A DNA stretch of 64,000 nt, taken from Candidatus Latescibacterota bacterium (lineage in GTDB: Bacteria > Latescibacterota > CBDCVA01). Positions 10,372 to 23,921 of this stretch are shown here, in pieces. The position numbers were made by a program, and so were the translations under genes. The notes under the pieces were generated by a model. It made no database searches, was not told the origin of the DNA, and worked only from the letters and a program-made list of their open reading frames with translations. The number at the start of each line of letters is the position of its first letter. The stretch's first letter is position 1. The stretch lies in assembly GCA_965222935.1 (NCBI GenBank), contig CBDCVA010000002.1, positions 738,422 to 802,421 of the forward strand, read 5' to 3'.

Positions 10372-11298
10372 CTACTTGAACATCGCCTTGATGGTGCCCC
10401 AGGACGAGGTCTCGACGGACACGATCTCCTCGGTCCGGACGAAAGTGAAGTCCGACCAGGTGCCGTCGTCGTCGCTCGCCATGTAGATGGCGAGTTGCTC
10501 GCGGCCAGAACTCCCCTCGCCATCGGAGCTGGTGACGAGGAAGCCCATGCCCATGGTCTTGCCTTCGATGGGCAGGACCTCGGGACTGAACTCGAACGCT
10601 GAGGCGAGCGCCAGGCGCGCCTCGATCGTGAAGTTCGCGCCGTAGGGGTCGTCGAAGTTGAACGCCGACGCGTCCGTGGGCGGACGCGCGTAGGCATACA
10701 GCCGCTCGGGCAGGTTGGGCAGCTCAGTCCAGACGTTCTCGCTCTCTCCCTCTCCGTGGCGAAACGGCATGGCCCGCGCGTCTTCGGTATCCCAGGCGGT
10801 GAACCAATAGTTGTAGTCTCCGCGAATGTAGGTGGCGCTGTCGCCATCGTGCGGCGCGTCGATGTACAGCCCGAACGTTTCGCGGGTCCAGGCGCCCAAA
10901 ACCTCGTCACCCGAGGAGGAATTATCGACGGCGTTGTCGGTGGCTTCCATGCCGAAGTAGAGGAAGTTGTCATCCCAGGCCGCGTAAAACGTGGCGCCCA
11001 GGTCTTCGTCGGTCCCCGCCGTGCCCTCCGGCCCATGATCCACATCGGTGCCGAGGAAGGAGGCCGATGTACTGAGCCAGCCCCGATTCGCATCGAGCAT
11101 CCGCGACAAGGTCCAGTGCCCTTCGGTGAACGCGAAATCCTTCCAGTCGCTCAGGTCACCATCGACTTCGACCCCGGATGAGATGTCCGGCGGCAGCGAC
11201 GGGATGTCGAACTCGTCACCACTGTGGGCACCAGCGGTCGCTGCGAAACCAACGACCAAGGCCACCGCGGCCAATAGCGTTACGCTATTACGTAGCAT
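10372..11298 (-). CDS. Secreted CBM9/DOMON-like sugar-binding domain protein with C-terminal SWGxIK tag
   Basis: Sec signal MLRNSVTLLAAVALVVGFAATAGA; VDGDLSDW, AAWDDNFLYFG.EATD, IEARL pattern typical of CBM9-like domains; ends VSVETSSWGTIKAMFK. Confidence 0.75.
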   Translation of the reverse strand: MLRNSVTLLAAVALVVGFAATAGAHSGDEFDIPSLPPDISSGVEVDGDLSDWKDFAFTEGHWTLSRMLDANRGWLSTSASFLGTDVDHGPEGTAGTDEDLGATFYAAWDDNFLYFGMEATDNAVDNSSSGDEVLGAWTRETFGLYIDAPHDGDSATYIRGDYNYWFTAWDTEDARAMPFRHGEGESENVWTELPNLPERLYAYARPPTDASAFNFDDPYGANFTIEARLALASAFEFSPEVLPIEGKTMGMGFLVTSSDGEGSSGREQLAIYMASDDDGTWSDFTFVRTEEIVSVETSSWGTIKAMFK

Positions 11299-11496
11299 GT
11301 TTCTCCCCTTCTTCGTGGTTGGGTGAACAAACACTTGACGCTTCCGAGCTTCTCACGTCGCGTCGAACACCTCCCCTCCGCCGGGCAGCGTGGCCGAGCG
11401 GTCCCTTGCTCTCCGCGCTACCGCTAAAGATGCTAACCGTGCAGCATCTCTCCTCCCCGACCCTCATGGATAACACTAAGAAATCTCAGGAAGACA

Positions 11497-11525
11497 AATG
11501 TACGCGGCCTAGCGTGGTCTGTCAA
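11497..11525 (-). promoter_or_regulatory. Sigma70-type promoter for the 10372-11298 gene
   Basis: TTGACA-17 nt-TACATT on the minus strand. Confidence 0.6.
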
Positions 11526-11730
11526 GCCCCAAGTACCCGGCGCGCCTTATCGATCGGCCCCAGGGCCTCCACGTTGAATATCTTCCCCTCGGTGTCGGAA
11601 AGGCTAACCCGCTTCCGATCATCGAGGTCCTCGCAGAGCTCTCCCCCTTGCGCTTGCCACCCAAAGGTTTCGAGCGTAACTTGCTCCGGCGTACAGTGCC
11701 ACAACCGCGTCTCTCCGCACGGAGCAACTG

Positions 11731-12708
11731 ATGATGCCCGGACTCACGCAAGAACAGGTCGACACGTTTTTCGAGCAGGGATACCTACACATCGAGGCCG
11801 CGCTGCGCCCCGAAGACCTCGATCCCGTTCAGCAGGAACTGGAGGGGATCGTGGACCGTGAAGCGAAGCGCCTCGTGGCCGAGGGCAAGCTTGATTCCGA
11901 TTACGCTGAACTCCCTTTCGACAAGCGGCTCGTTCCGATCGCGAAGGCGGACCCCACCTGCCCCGACAAAGTCCGGGTGCCCAGCAACGTGGGGGAAGCC
12001 CTCTTCAACTTCCTGCACAACGACCGGCTGCTCGATCTGGTCGAATCCCTCATCGGTCCGGAGATCTATTGCAATTCCACGCTTCACGTCCGGCCCAAGA
12101 TGCCGGCGACCGGAGACTACGAAGGTCCCCTTTCGAGACATGAATGGACGCAGTGGTCGCCCTTTCATCAGGACGCCGGCGTGCTCCTACCCGAGGCGGA
12201 CGACACGCTCGTCGTGACGACCTGGATTCCGCTGGTGGACGCGGACGAGACGATGGGCGCCCTCAGTGTCTACCCTCGCCTGCACACCGGGCCGCTCCTC
12301 ACACACGAGCACCCGACCGACGGGCCCGGCAACTGGAAGATCGTGGACGAGGAACTGCCCCCGGGCGGGCCGGTCACCGTCCCCGTCAAGCGCGGCGGGT
12401 TCCTCATCTTTCACCCCCGCACGCCGCACGGCAGCGGACCGAACAGGAGCGACCGGATTCGCTGGAGCATGGATTTGCGGTGGAGCGACGCCCGCAAGGC
12501 CAATGGGCGCCCGTACAGACCCGGACTGCTCGTGCGCAGCCAGGAGAACCCCGAGCTCATCCCGACTCGCGAGGAGTGGATCGCAGCCCACAAGGTCGCT
12601 CAGGTGTCATCGCGCGGCGTTAGGGCTTACCGCTGGCCCGATGCGGTGCGCGCCAAGGAGGTGGAGAACCCCGACGATCTCGTCCTCGTCGTCGCACCTC
12701 GGGGATAG
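11731..12708 (+). CDS. Phytanoyl-CoA dioxygenase (PhyH) family Fe(II)/2OG dioxygenase
   Basis: LTQEQVDTFFEQGYL, FHQD, TWIPL, TPHGSGPNRSDRIRWSMDLR. Confidence 0.88.
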   Translation: MMPGLTQEQVDTFFEQGYLHIEAALRPEDLDPVQQELEGIVDREAKRLVAEGKLDSDYAELPFDKRLVPIAKADPTCPDKVRVPSNVGEALFNFLHNDRLLDLVESLIGPEIYCNSTLHVRPKMPATGDYEGPLSRHEWTQWSPFHQDAGVLLPEADDTLVVTTWIPLVDADETMGALSVYPRLHTGPLLTHEHPTDGPGNWKIVDEELPPGGPVTVPVKRGGFLIFHPRTPHGSGPNRSDRIRWSMDLRWSDARKANGRPYRPGLLVRSQENPELIPTREEWIAAHKVAQVSSRGVRAYRWPDAVRAKEVENPDDLVLVVAPRG

Positions 12709-12734
12709 GGGGATCAGATTCGGTTGGTTCCCCT

Positions 12735-13217
12735 CTACACCTTGTCGACGAACTCCTGGAACGCCGCGTAGTACCCCTCCACGAGTTGCTGCACCTGCTC
12801 CCGGATGGCTTCCGTGCCGAGCTCGGTCAACGAAGCGATGGGGATCGTCGTCGTGAACCGGAAGGCCGTGTCGAAGAAGTGATCCATCTCCGGCGGCTCT
12901 TCCAGCTCGACCACATCGGACATGCGATCGTCCAGAAACTCCGACGGGCTGTCCCCGGTATCGAGGATGCCCTGCTCGATCGATTCGTTCAACGGCCGGT
13001 TCTGAGTCGCGAAGCCGATCCGTACCCCGTCGCCCTGGGGCGTGATGGCCACCTCGTACCATGCACGGTCGCCCGATTCGAGCAGGACGGAGAAGCTCTC
13101 GTCTTCCTCGCTGCTCTCTTCCTGCACGGTGATGAAGCGCTCCTCACCTCCGAAGAGTTCGACCAGCCAGTCCCTGAAATCATCTAGCTGCCGGCGGTCG
13201 CTCGCTGTCCAACTCAT
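12735..13217 (-). CDS. Hypothetical acidic protein
   Basis: 160-aa ORF with host-like codon usage, RBS AAGGGA, protein-like composition; no recognised motif. Confidence 0.65.
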   Translation of the reverse strand: MSWTASDRRQLDDFRDWLVELFGGEERFITVQEESSEEDESFSVLLESGDRAWYEVAITPQGDGVRIGFATQNRPLNESIEQGILDTGDSPSEFLDDRMSDVVELEEPPEMDHFFDTAFRFTTTIPIASLTELGTEAIREQVQQLVEGYYAAFQEFVDKV

Positions 13218-13400
13218 AAGTGCTATCCCTTCTTACGCATCTTACGCAAAGCCTGTGGGTGGCAGTCGAAAACGTCGAAGTCGCCGTCATCCGGCTTCCC
13301 GAGTCGGTTTTCTCAAAGAGAGGTGCGGAACGATCCGGTGTCAAGCCTTGTTCGGGAGAGAGCGCAAGCAGGCCTGATTCTTGTCAGGATCAAAAAGACC

Positions 13401-13429
13401 TTGACAGACCGGGAGGACACGGCTATATT
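13401..13429 (+). promoter_or_regulatory. rRNA operon promoter
   Basis: TTGACA-17 nt-TATATT about 180 nt upstream of 16S, with an A-tract (AAAAA) just upstream. Confidence 0.8.
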
Positions 13430-13437
13430 GTCCGCTC

Positions 13438-13476
13438 GACACAAAGGGCCACGTGTCCTTTGTCGTTCTTTGAAAA
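13438..13476 (+). promoter_or_regulatory. rrn leader antitermination element (boxB-like hairpin + boxA)
   Basis: Hairpin ACAAAGGGC..GTCCTTTGT followed by GTTCTTTGAAA (boxA). The leader segment GAAAACTGAA..ACGCGCATGG is complementary to ITS CCGTGCGCGTTCTTCAGTTTTC (processing stem). Confidence 0.65.
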
Positions 13477-13606
13477 CTGAATAACGCGCATGGATGCCCA
13501 CCGCCAATTGGCGGTGAGGCTCTCCTCTCATCCCTTGAGCAGGAGAGAACCCAAGCGAAGACGGGCGATGGTGGAGATCTCTCTGCCGTCGTCTTCCGGG
13601 ATTTCT

Positions 13607-15173
<1,567 letters not shown>

Positions 15174-15279
15174 AGTTCATCTCCTAGGTCGACTCATCGC
15201 CCGAGGTTGGTGGCTCCGTGCGCGTTCTTCAGTTTTCGTGGGACGCCTCGACGTTCCCGGTGCTAGTGGGGCCTCGCGT

Positions 15280-15356
<77 letters not shown>

Positions 15357-15382
15357 GCGTCGCTCGGGGACCGAGAGGACTT

Positions 15383-15458
15383 GGGGATATAGCTCAACTG
15401 GGAGAGCGCCGGCTTTGCAAGCCGGAGGTTGCCGGTTCGAGTCCGGTTGTCTCCACCA
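15383..15458 (+). tRNA. tRNA-Ala(TGC)
   Basis: GGGGATA...TGTCTCC-A-CCA with G3:U70; anticodon arm CCGGC-TTTGCAA-GCCGG. Confidence 0.97.
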
Positions 15459-15547
15459 AGCTTTGACGCGTTCCGCGGTCCGGGGTCCAAGCGGGCTCCC
15501 GGCGGCATGAATTTCGCTGATCTGCGGCAGAGGTCCGGAGGTCGGCC

Positions 15548-15558
15548 GCTCTTTGACA
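15548..15558 (+). promoter_or_regulatory. ITS boxA antiterminator
   Basis: GCTCTTTGACA between tRNA-Ala and 23S. Confidence 0.6.
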
Positions 15559-15638
15559 TCTCCAGAACGTAAGTCGAAGGATCGTCCTTCGCGAGTACCG
15601 AAGCTTTCCGACGTCTGTGTGTTGGGGTCGGGGGCTTG

Positions 15639-18692
<3,054 letters not shown>

Positions 18693-18764
18693 AAGCTCCC
18701 GATTCCATCACCACAGACGTCCTCAGCGAAGGCTTCTCCTTCGACTCGCGTTCTGGAGCCGAAT

Positions 18765-18883
18765 TTCCCGGTGGCCATGGCGGTGGGGAAACACCTCTTC
18801 CCATTCCGAACAGAGCAGTTAAGCCCGCCAGCGCCGATGGTACTGCCCGGGTGACTGGGTGGGAGAGTAGGACGCCACCGGGT
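18765..18883 (+). rRNA. rrf: 5S ribosomal RNA
   Basis: CCCGGTGGC...GCCACCGGG terminal helix, CCCATTCCGAAC, GCGCCGATGGTACT, GGGAGAGTAGG. Confidence 0.96.
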
Positions 18884-18893
18884 TAAAACATAG

Positions 18894-18930
18894 AACCCCC
18901 GCCTCTCGCAACGAGGGGCGGGGGTTTTGT
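18894..18930 (+). terminator. rrn intrinsic terminator
   Basis: AACCCCCGCCTCTCG-CAA-CGAGGGGCGGGGGTT followed by TTGT. Confidence 0.9.
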
Positions 18931-18996
18931 ATTGGGCTGTCGGCTAGTGCAGTTGCGCCTATGGGCGAGGTGGAATCCCGAACGCAACGGCCCCCC

Positions 18997-19025
18997 TTGA
19001 CAGTCCAGTCTGACGCCCTTATGCT
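18997..19025 (+). promoter_or_regulatory. Sigma70-type promoter for the Zorya-like operon
   Basis: TTGACA-17 nt-TATGCT, downstream of the rrn terminator. Confidence 0.6.
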
Positions 19026-19136
19026 GCAACGTGCCGGGTGTATCGTTTTGCGGGGCATGGCTAACCGAGCCTAGTGGGATGTTGCGCTTAGCGGGTGCCT
19101 CCGGCATCTGACACCTTTCTGGAGGAGTACAACAGC

Positions 19137-20441
19137 ATGACGCCTCAGAACGTGACCCTCCTAGTGTGCGGCTCCATACTCGCCATGCTCCTCGTGGGCA
19201 TCATCAAGCGAACTCGTCGTGGTAAGATAGTCGCCCTTTTCCCAAATATGACCGTCTCGCTGGGTGTTCTGGGCACTTTCTCGGGAGTTCTACTGGGGCT
19301 TTACCGATTTGATGTCACAGATATTAGCAATAGCATTCCGGTACTACTTGGCGGACTGACAACAGCCTTCATCACCTCCATCGCCGGCTTGATCGCGTCC
19401 ATCGTTCTGAAATGGGTGTATGCCCACGCAGACAGCCGGGCCGACTCTGAACGTGAAGCGCAAGACGAGGATGCTATTGAGCTACTAAGGAGGATCGCTG
19501 CAGGAATCGGGAGTCTAGAGCGGTCTTCGAAGCAGATTGAGAATACTATTGTCTCCTGCTTCCGGTCGGACGAGGAATACTCTCTGCTTTCACAACTCAA
19601 GCTGATTCGTCAAGAGATATCAGATGCGAAGCGCGATGTGACAAGGCAGCTGGAGTCCTTCGCACAGCAGCTGGCGGAACAAAGCACGAAGACTATAGCA
19701 GAAGCCCTGAAGAAGGTCGTTGAAGACTTCAACGCTCTTCTAAACGAACTCGTGAACGAGTCATTCCGTGAACTGAGCAGCGCCATGGTGAAGCTCACAG
19801 AGTGGCAGCAGAACTACCGAGAATCGATGGACGCTATGGAGGTCAATATCAACCACTTAATGTCAACCATGAAGGAGTCTGTTGGCATTCTGGAGCGAGC
19901 AGAGCGAAATATAGCACAGATTGACGACAGGCTCGAAAGTATTACGCGCTCCAGTACTGACTTGGCTGTAGTAGGCGTCGACCTGGCTACCATAGCGGAG
20001 AATCTTCGTGAGCAAAGCTCGGTGTTGAGAGAAAGTCTGGTCGCGATACAAAAGGTTGGGGTGGACGCGAGGACCGTCCTGCCTCACGTGAGCACCCATA
20101 TAGACGCGCTCACTGGACAGCTGGAAAAAACCGTGCAACAAGCGACACAAAGACTGTCGAGTCAGAACGCGCGCGTGTTGGAGTTTGTGGAAGGTTCGAT
20201 CGGAAGGATCGAGAGCGCTGATCAAAAGCAGGCGGAAGCGGTCAGTACGTCGCTTCGTGAACTTGACAGGCACCTCGAAGACCAGCTCACGAAGTCCTTG
20301 AACTCGTTAGCTGGGAGTATGGCGTCGTTGTCCGCGAAATTCGTCCAGGACTATGAGCCCCTTACGGCGAAGCTTCGAAAGGTAGTGCGTATAGCTGAGA
20401 CGGTGCCTGCCAGAGATCGTACCTATGGTGGAGATAGGTGA
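19137..20441 (+). CDS. zorA: Zorya ZorA-like protein (MotA/ExbB-type channel with long helical tail)
   Basis: Three N-terminal TM helices with LGVLGTFSG and TAFITSIAG motifs, then a ~320-aa amphipathic helical tail; GGAGGA RBS. Confidence 0.85.
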   Translation: MTPQNVTLLVCGSILAMLLVGIIKRTRRGKIVALFPNMTVSLGVLGTFSGVLLGLYRFDVTDISNSIPVLLGGLTTAFITSIAGLIASIVLKWVYAHADSRADSEREAQDEDAIELLRRIAAGIGSLERSSKQIENTIVSCFRSDEEYSLLSQLKLIRQEISDAKRDVTRQLESFAQQLAEQSTKTIAEALKKVVEDFNALLNELVNESFRELSSAMVKLTEWQQNYRESMDAMEVNINHLMSTMKESVGILERAERNIAQIDDRLESITRSSTDLAVVGVDLATIAENLREQSSVLRESLVAIQKVGVDARTVLPHVSTHIDALTGQLEKTVQQATQRLSSQNARVLEFVEGSIGRIESADQKQAEAVSTSLRELDRHLEDQLTKSLNSLAGSMASLSAKFVQDYEPLTAKLRKVVRIAETVPARDRTYGGDR

Positions 20442-21154
20442 TGCTAAGTGGGTGGCTGCGACGCGATGAAGGGGAAAGTGACTGGATTTCTATCTCCGAT
20501 CTCATGTCTGTGCTCATGCTGATCTTTCTTCTTATAGCGGTTAGTTACATGCACAACGTTGAGCAAGGGAAGATGGACGTCAAAAGGATAGCGGTAGCTT
20601 ATCGCGATTTGCAGCTTGCCTTATATCAGGACCTGTCGGAGGAATTCAAGGATGATCTGCCTGCGTGGCAGGCCACCATTGAAAAGGAAACCCTAACCGT
20701 GAGATTTGAGGAGCCCGACGTGCTTTTTCACGTTGGGAGGGCGGATGTCTCAGAGAGGTTCAAGGAGATCCTGGACGACTTTTTTCCGAGATACGTGAGA
20801 ATCCTCGCCACGCCTCGCTACAGGAAGAACATCGAAGAGATCCGCATTGAGGGTCACACGTCTTCGGAATGGTATCGCGAGTCGAACGAGGTGGACGCAT
20901 ACTTCCATAACATGAGGCTTTCACAGGATCGGACGCGATCCGTTCTGAGGTATTGTTTGGGCTTGATTGGCTCCACAGACACACACAATTGGGCTCGCAG
21001 ATACGTCACTGCGAACGGACTCTCTTCGAGTCGACTTAGAACTGATACGATTGGGAGAGAGAACAAGCGAGCGTCGCGCAGAGTCGAGTTCCGCACTAGA
21101 ACGAATGCAGAACAGCGTGTCGTAGAGATCATAGAGCGCATGGAGCCGTTGTGA
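20441..21154 (+). CDS. zorB: Zorya ZorB-like protein (MotB/OmpA peptidoglycan-binding)
   Basis: WISISDLMS TM helix with conserved Asp; IRIEGHTS, NMRLSQDR and SRRVEF OmpA_C motifs; TGATG coupling with zorA. Confidence 0.88.
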   Translation: MLSGWLRRDEGESDWISISDLMSVLMLIFLLIAVSYMHNVEQGKMDVKRIAVAYRDLQLALYQDLSEEFKDDLPAWQATIEKETLTVRFEEPDVLFHVGRADVSERFKEILDDFFPRYVRILATPRYRKNIEEIRIEGHTSSEWYRESNEVDAYFHNMRLSQDRTRSVLRYCLGLIGSTDTHNWARRYVTANGLSSSRLRTDTIGRENKRASRRVEFRTRTNAEQRVVEIIERMEPL

Positions 21155-22029
21155 ATCTTCCTGACTACAGTCGCTGTATCGAGATCAATCAGTTGTTGGT
21201 CGCCATGGGCGTGACGAGGCTGCCGAAGTTGCCGGAAGTACGCTTCGAGAGAGAGATTGTGCAACGAACGACACGAGAGACCCTCGATCCCGCCGATGTC
21301 ACGCTTGGGGAGCGGCTGCTCGACAGCGCCATACCAGTCAGTGGTTCTGAGATCGACATCGGCAGGGATGGATTACTCGAGTATGGGGGCAGAAAAGTTG
21401 TAGCGTACATAAGAGATCAGTGGACACCTGTCTACTTTAACCGTAGCGAATATAGATATCATCTTTGTAACTGCACTACGCTACAAACCATGAAGGATCA
21501 TGGCAGAGAAAAACGGTATCTCGTGACGCGACGGTGGGATGGGCTGTTTGAGGTCAATTATGTCAAGGGTGGGTCTGTGAGAAAGAGGATCGTAGCTATG
21601 GACCTATGTCGTAACTGCATTCGTGAGTTGCGACTTGGGGGAATGTACTTCGAGCCATTCCACCTCAAGGACTTTTTTGATCGGTACGATTCCTACGTAC
21701 CAAAGACTATTAGACGTATAGAGGAAGTAAAGCAGATTCAAACGTACACACCACAGCAGGGCGACTACTCCAGGAAGTATCGAGAAGCGTGTGGATATAA
21801 GTGCCAGCTATGCAAAGTGGACTGTAGCGAGCATACCGGACTTCTGCATCTTCACCACAGGGACGGTGATCCATCGAACAATGCAAGAGAGAACTTACAC
21901 GTTCTTTGCGTGCGTTGCCATGCACGTCAACCAATGCATCAGCACATGCCTGGGAATCCAGATTTCAAGAGAAAGAGTACCAAGATCGAAGAACTGCGTA
22001 GAGAGCAAGACCTGCTAACTGTGACTTGA
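21151..22029 (+). CDS. HNH endonuclease (ZorE-position effector)
   Basis: C-terminal CQLC...LHLHHRDGDPSNNARENLHVLCVRCH HNH/Zn motif; GTGA overlap with zorB. Confidence 0.85.
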   Translation: MNLPDYSRCIEINQLLVAMGVTRLPKLPEVRFEREIVQRTTRETLDPADVTLGERLLDSAIPVSGSEIDIGRDGLLEYGGRKVVAYIRDQWTPVYFNRSEYRYHLCNCTTLQTMKDHGREKRYLVTRRWDGLFEVNYVKGGSVRKRIVAMDLCRNCIRELRLGGMYFEPFHLKDFFDRYDSYVPKTIRRIEEVKQIQTYTPQQGDYSRKYREACGYKCQLCKVDCSEHTGLLHLHHRDGDPSNNARENLHVLCVRCHARQPMHQHMPGNPDFKRKSTKIEELRREQDLLTVT

Positions 22030-22067
22030 AGGGCCAGAGCGGTTTCACCCTACGTTGAATAGCGGGT

Positions 22068-22571
22068 TCAGTTCAACATCCCCATCACCCGGAAGTACGC
22101 CCGCTTGGCCAACTCGTACTCGGGCAGGATGTCCCAGGCCTTCTTGTACGCCGCGGTCGCATCGCGCCAGCGCCCCTTCAACTCCAGCACCCGCCCCATG
22201 TTGTAATGGGGGAACTGATAGCATTCGTAGCGCTTGGCGACCATCGCCCGCTCGAGGTAGGGGATGGCCGCGTCGGGCTGGCCAAGCTCGATGAGGTAGG
22301 CGCCGATGTCGTTGTAGGGGTTGCCGAAGTCGGGATCCACCTCGATGGCGCGCTGGCACTCTTCGATGGCGGTCTGGTAGTCGCCCTTGTGGCTGTGGGC
22401 CCAGCCGATGAAGGTGTGCGCTTCGGCCGTGGGGTAGAGCGCGATCGACTCCTCATAGAACTCGATGGCCTTATCCAGTTCGCCGCGGCGGTGATAGTCG
22501 TAGGCCGCTTCGAAAAGCTCGTGCGCCCGCGCCTTGTTCACGCTTCCCTCGCTTCTGGGATTCTTTTCCAT
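22068..22571 (-). CDS. Tetratricopeptide repeat protein
   Basis: Tandem TPRs (AEAHTFIGWA, DPDFGNPYNDIGAYL, PHYNMGRV). Confidence 0.85.
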   Translation of the reverse strand: MEKNPRSEGSVNKARAHELFEAAYDYHRRGELDKAIEFYEESIALYPTAEAHTFIGWAHSHKGDYQTAIEECQRAIEVDPDFGNPYNDIGAYLIELGQPDAAIPYLERAMVAKRYECYQFPHYNMGRVLELKGRWRDATAAYKKAWDILPEYELAKRAYFRVMGMLN

Positions 22572-22595
22572 GATCGTGTCTCTCGCGTTCCAACC

Positions 22596-23540
22596 TCAGT
22601 TGCTACCGAAGATGGCTTTCACTCTCGCTAGGTCGGCCTCGTCGAAGAACGGCGCCTCGGAGGCGCCGCAGTTCTCCGCCACCTGTTCGGGCGTCTTCGC
22701 CCCGGGGATCGCGGTGCTGACCGCCGGGTGGGCTAGGGCGAAGCGCAGCGCCGCCTGTACCAACGTGCGCTCACCGGGACGCTCGAGGACGGCGCGCAGC
22801 TTGTCCGCATAAGTGGAGCGGGCGGCGATCATCTGCGGCGGCCAGTTGCGCCGGATGTCGCCCGGCTCGAAGGTTGCACCGGGCGTATACTTCCCGGTCA
22901 GAAAGCCGTTTGCCAGAGGTTCTCGGGTGATAATCCCAACGCCCTGCTCGAGGGCGAGGGGGAAGAGTTCGGCGACCGGCTCGGTGCTGAAGAGGTTGAA
23001 GACGACCTGGATGGCGTCCACCTTGCCCGTCGTGATCGCAGCGACGCCCTCGGCGGGATCGAAGATCGAAACGCCGCCGAAGCGGATCTTGCCCGCGGCC
23101 TGAAGGTCGCCGAAGACGTCGAACACGCTGCCTTCGGTGATCATCTCGCCCGTCGGATTGTGAAGCTGGTAGAGATCGATGACGTCTGTCCCCAGCCGCT
23201 CCAAGCTCCTGTCACAGGCGGACTGCATATATTCGGGCGTAAAGTTCATGCGCGTGGCGCCTTCGTAGAAATCGCCGCCCACCTTCGTCGCGATGACCAC
23301 CGCGTCCCGATGGCCCTCGAGGGCGGCACCGAGGATTTCCTCGCTGTGGCCGTGCCCGTAAACGTCCGCCGTATCAAAGAAGGTGCAGCCCATCTCCAGC
23401 GCGCTCTGGATGGCGCGGATCGAAACATCGTCTACGGTGGTGCCGTAACTGTTGCCGTGCTCGTTGCCCCCGATGGCCCAGGCACCGAAGCCGATCTCCG
23501 ATACCTTTAGCTCCGTCCGACCCAGCGTACGATAGTTCAT
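22596..23540 (-). CDS. Aldo/keto reductase
   Basis: LGRTELKVSEIGFG, FDTADVYG.GHSE, IATK, SLERLGTDVIDLYQLH, IPGAKTPEQV. Confidence 0.93.
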   Translation of the reverse strand: MNYRTLGRTELKVSEIGFGAWAIGGNEHGNSYGTTVDDVSIRAIQSALEMGCTFFDTADVYGHGHSEEILGAALEGHRDAVVIATKVGGDFYEGATRMNFTPEYMQSACDRSLERLGTDVIDLYQLHNPTGEMITEGSVFDVFGDLQAAGKIRFGGVSIFDPAEGVAAITTGKVDAIQVVFNLFSTEPVAELFPLALEQGVGIITREPLANGFLTGKYTPGATFEPGDIRRNWPPQMIAARSTYADKLRAVLERPGERTLVQAALRFALAHPAVSTAIPGAKTPEQVAENCGASEAPFFDEADLARVKAIFGSN

Positions 23541-23800
23541 CAAGAGCTCCTAGCGCGCTCATCCGCCAGCCTGCATCGACACACCGCAACGGATATCGAT
23601 CCGGGCTCCCGGTCCGGAATGCAAACTGAGGCCTTATGGCGAAAAGTCAAGCGAAAGCACCTTAGCGCCGCGCGCGGGTACAACTCATACGGCGTTCTCG
23701 TCCACGCGGTCTCTAGAGTCCCGATCTTGACGGATAGGCTCCACGTCCTCAAGTTACCTGATCGTCGCTTGGCTGTCATGACGCGCTGCACCCCAATGCT

Positions 23801-23877
23801 GCGCCCGTAGCTCAACCGGATAGAGCGACGGACTTCTAATCCGTAGGCTGCAGGTTCGAGTCCTGCCGGGCGCACCA
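23801..23877 (+). tRNA. tRNA-Arg(TCT)
   Basis: GCGCCCG...CGGGCGC-A-CCA; anticodon arm ACGGA-CTTCTAA-TCCGT; GGTTCGAGTCC. Confidence 0.96.
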
Positions 23878-23921
23878 CACCTCTGCCGCGCGGGTAGTCG
23901 AGATGGGTGTGAGGAGGGATC

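Noticed and set aside
19137-21154. Flagellar MotA/MotB or ExbB/ExbD interpretation
   Set aside because: The long helical tail on the A subunit, the coupled HNH gene, lower GC and absence of flagellar/tonB neighbours fit Zorya better.
23801-23877. tRNA-Arg as attachment site of a prophage/ICE
   Set aside because: No integrase, phage or conjugation genes and no duplicated tRNA 3' end were found in the window.
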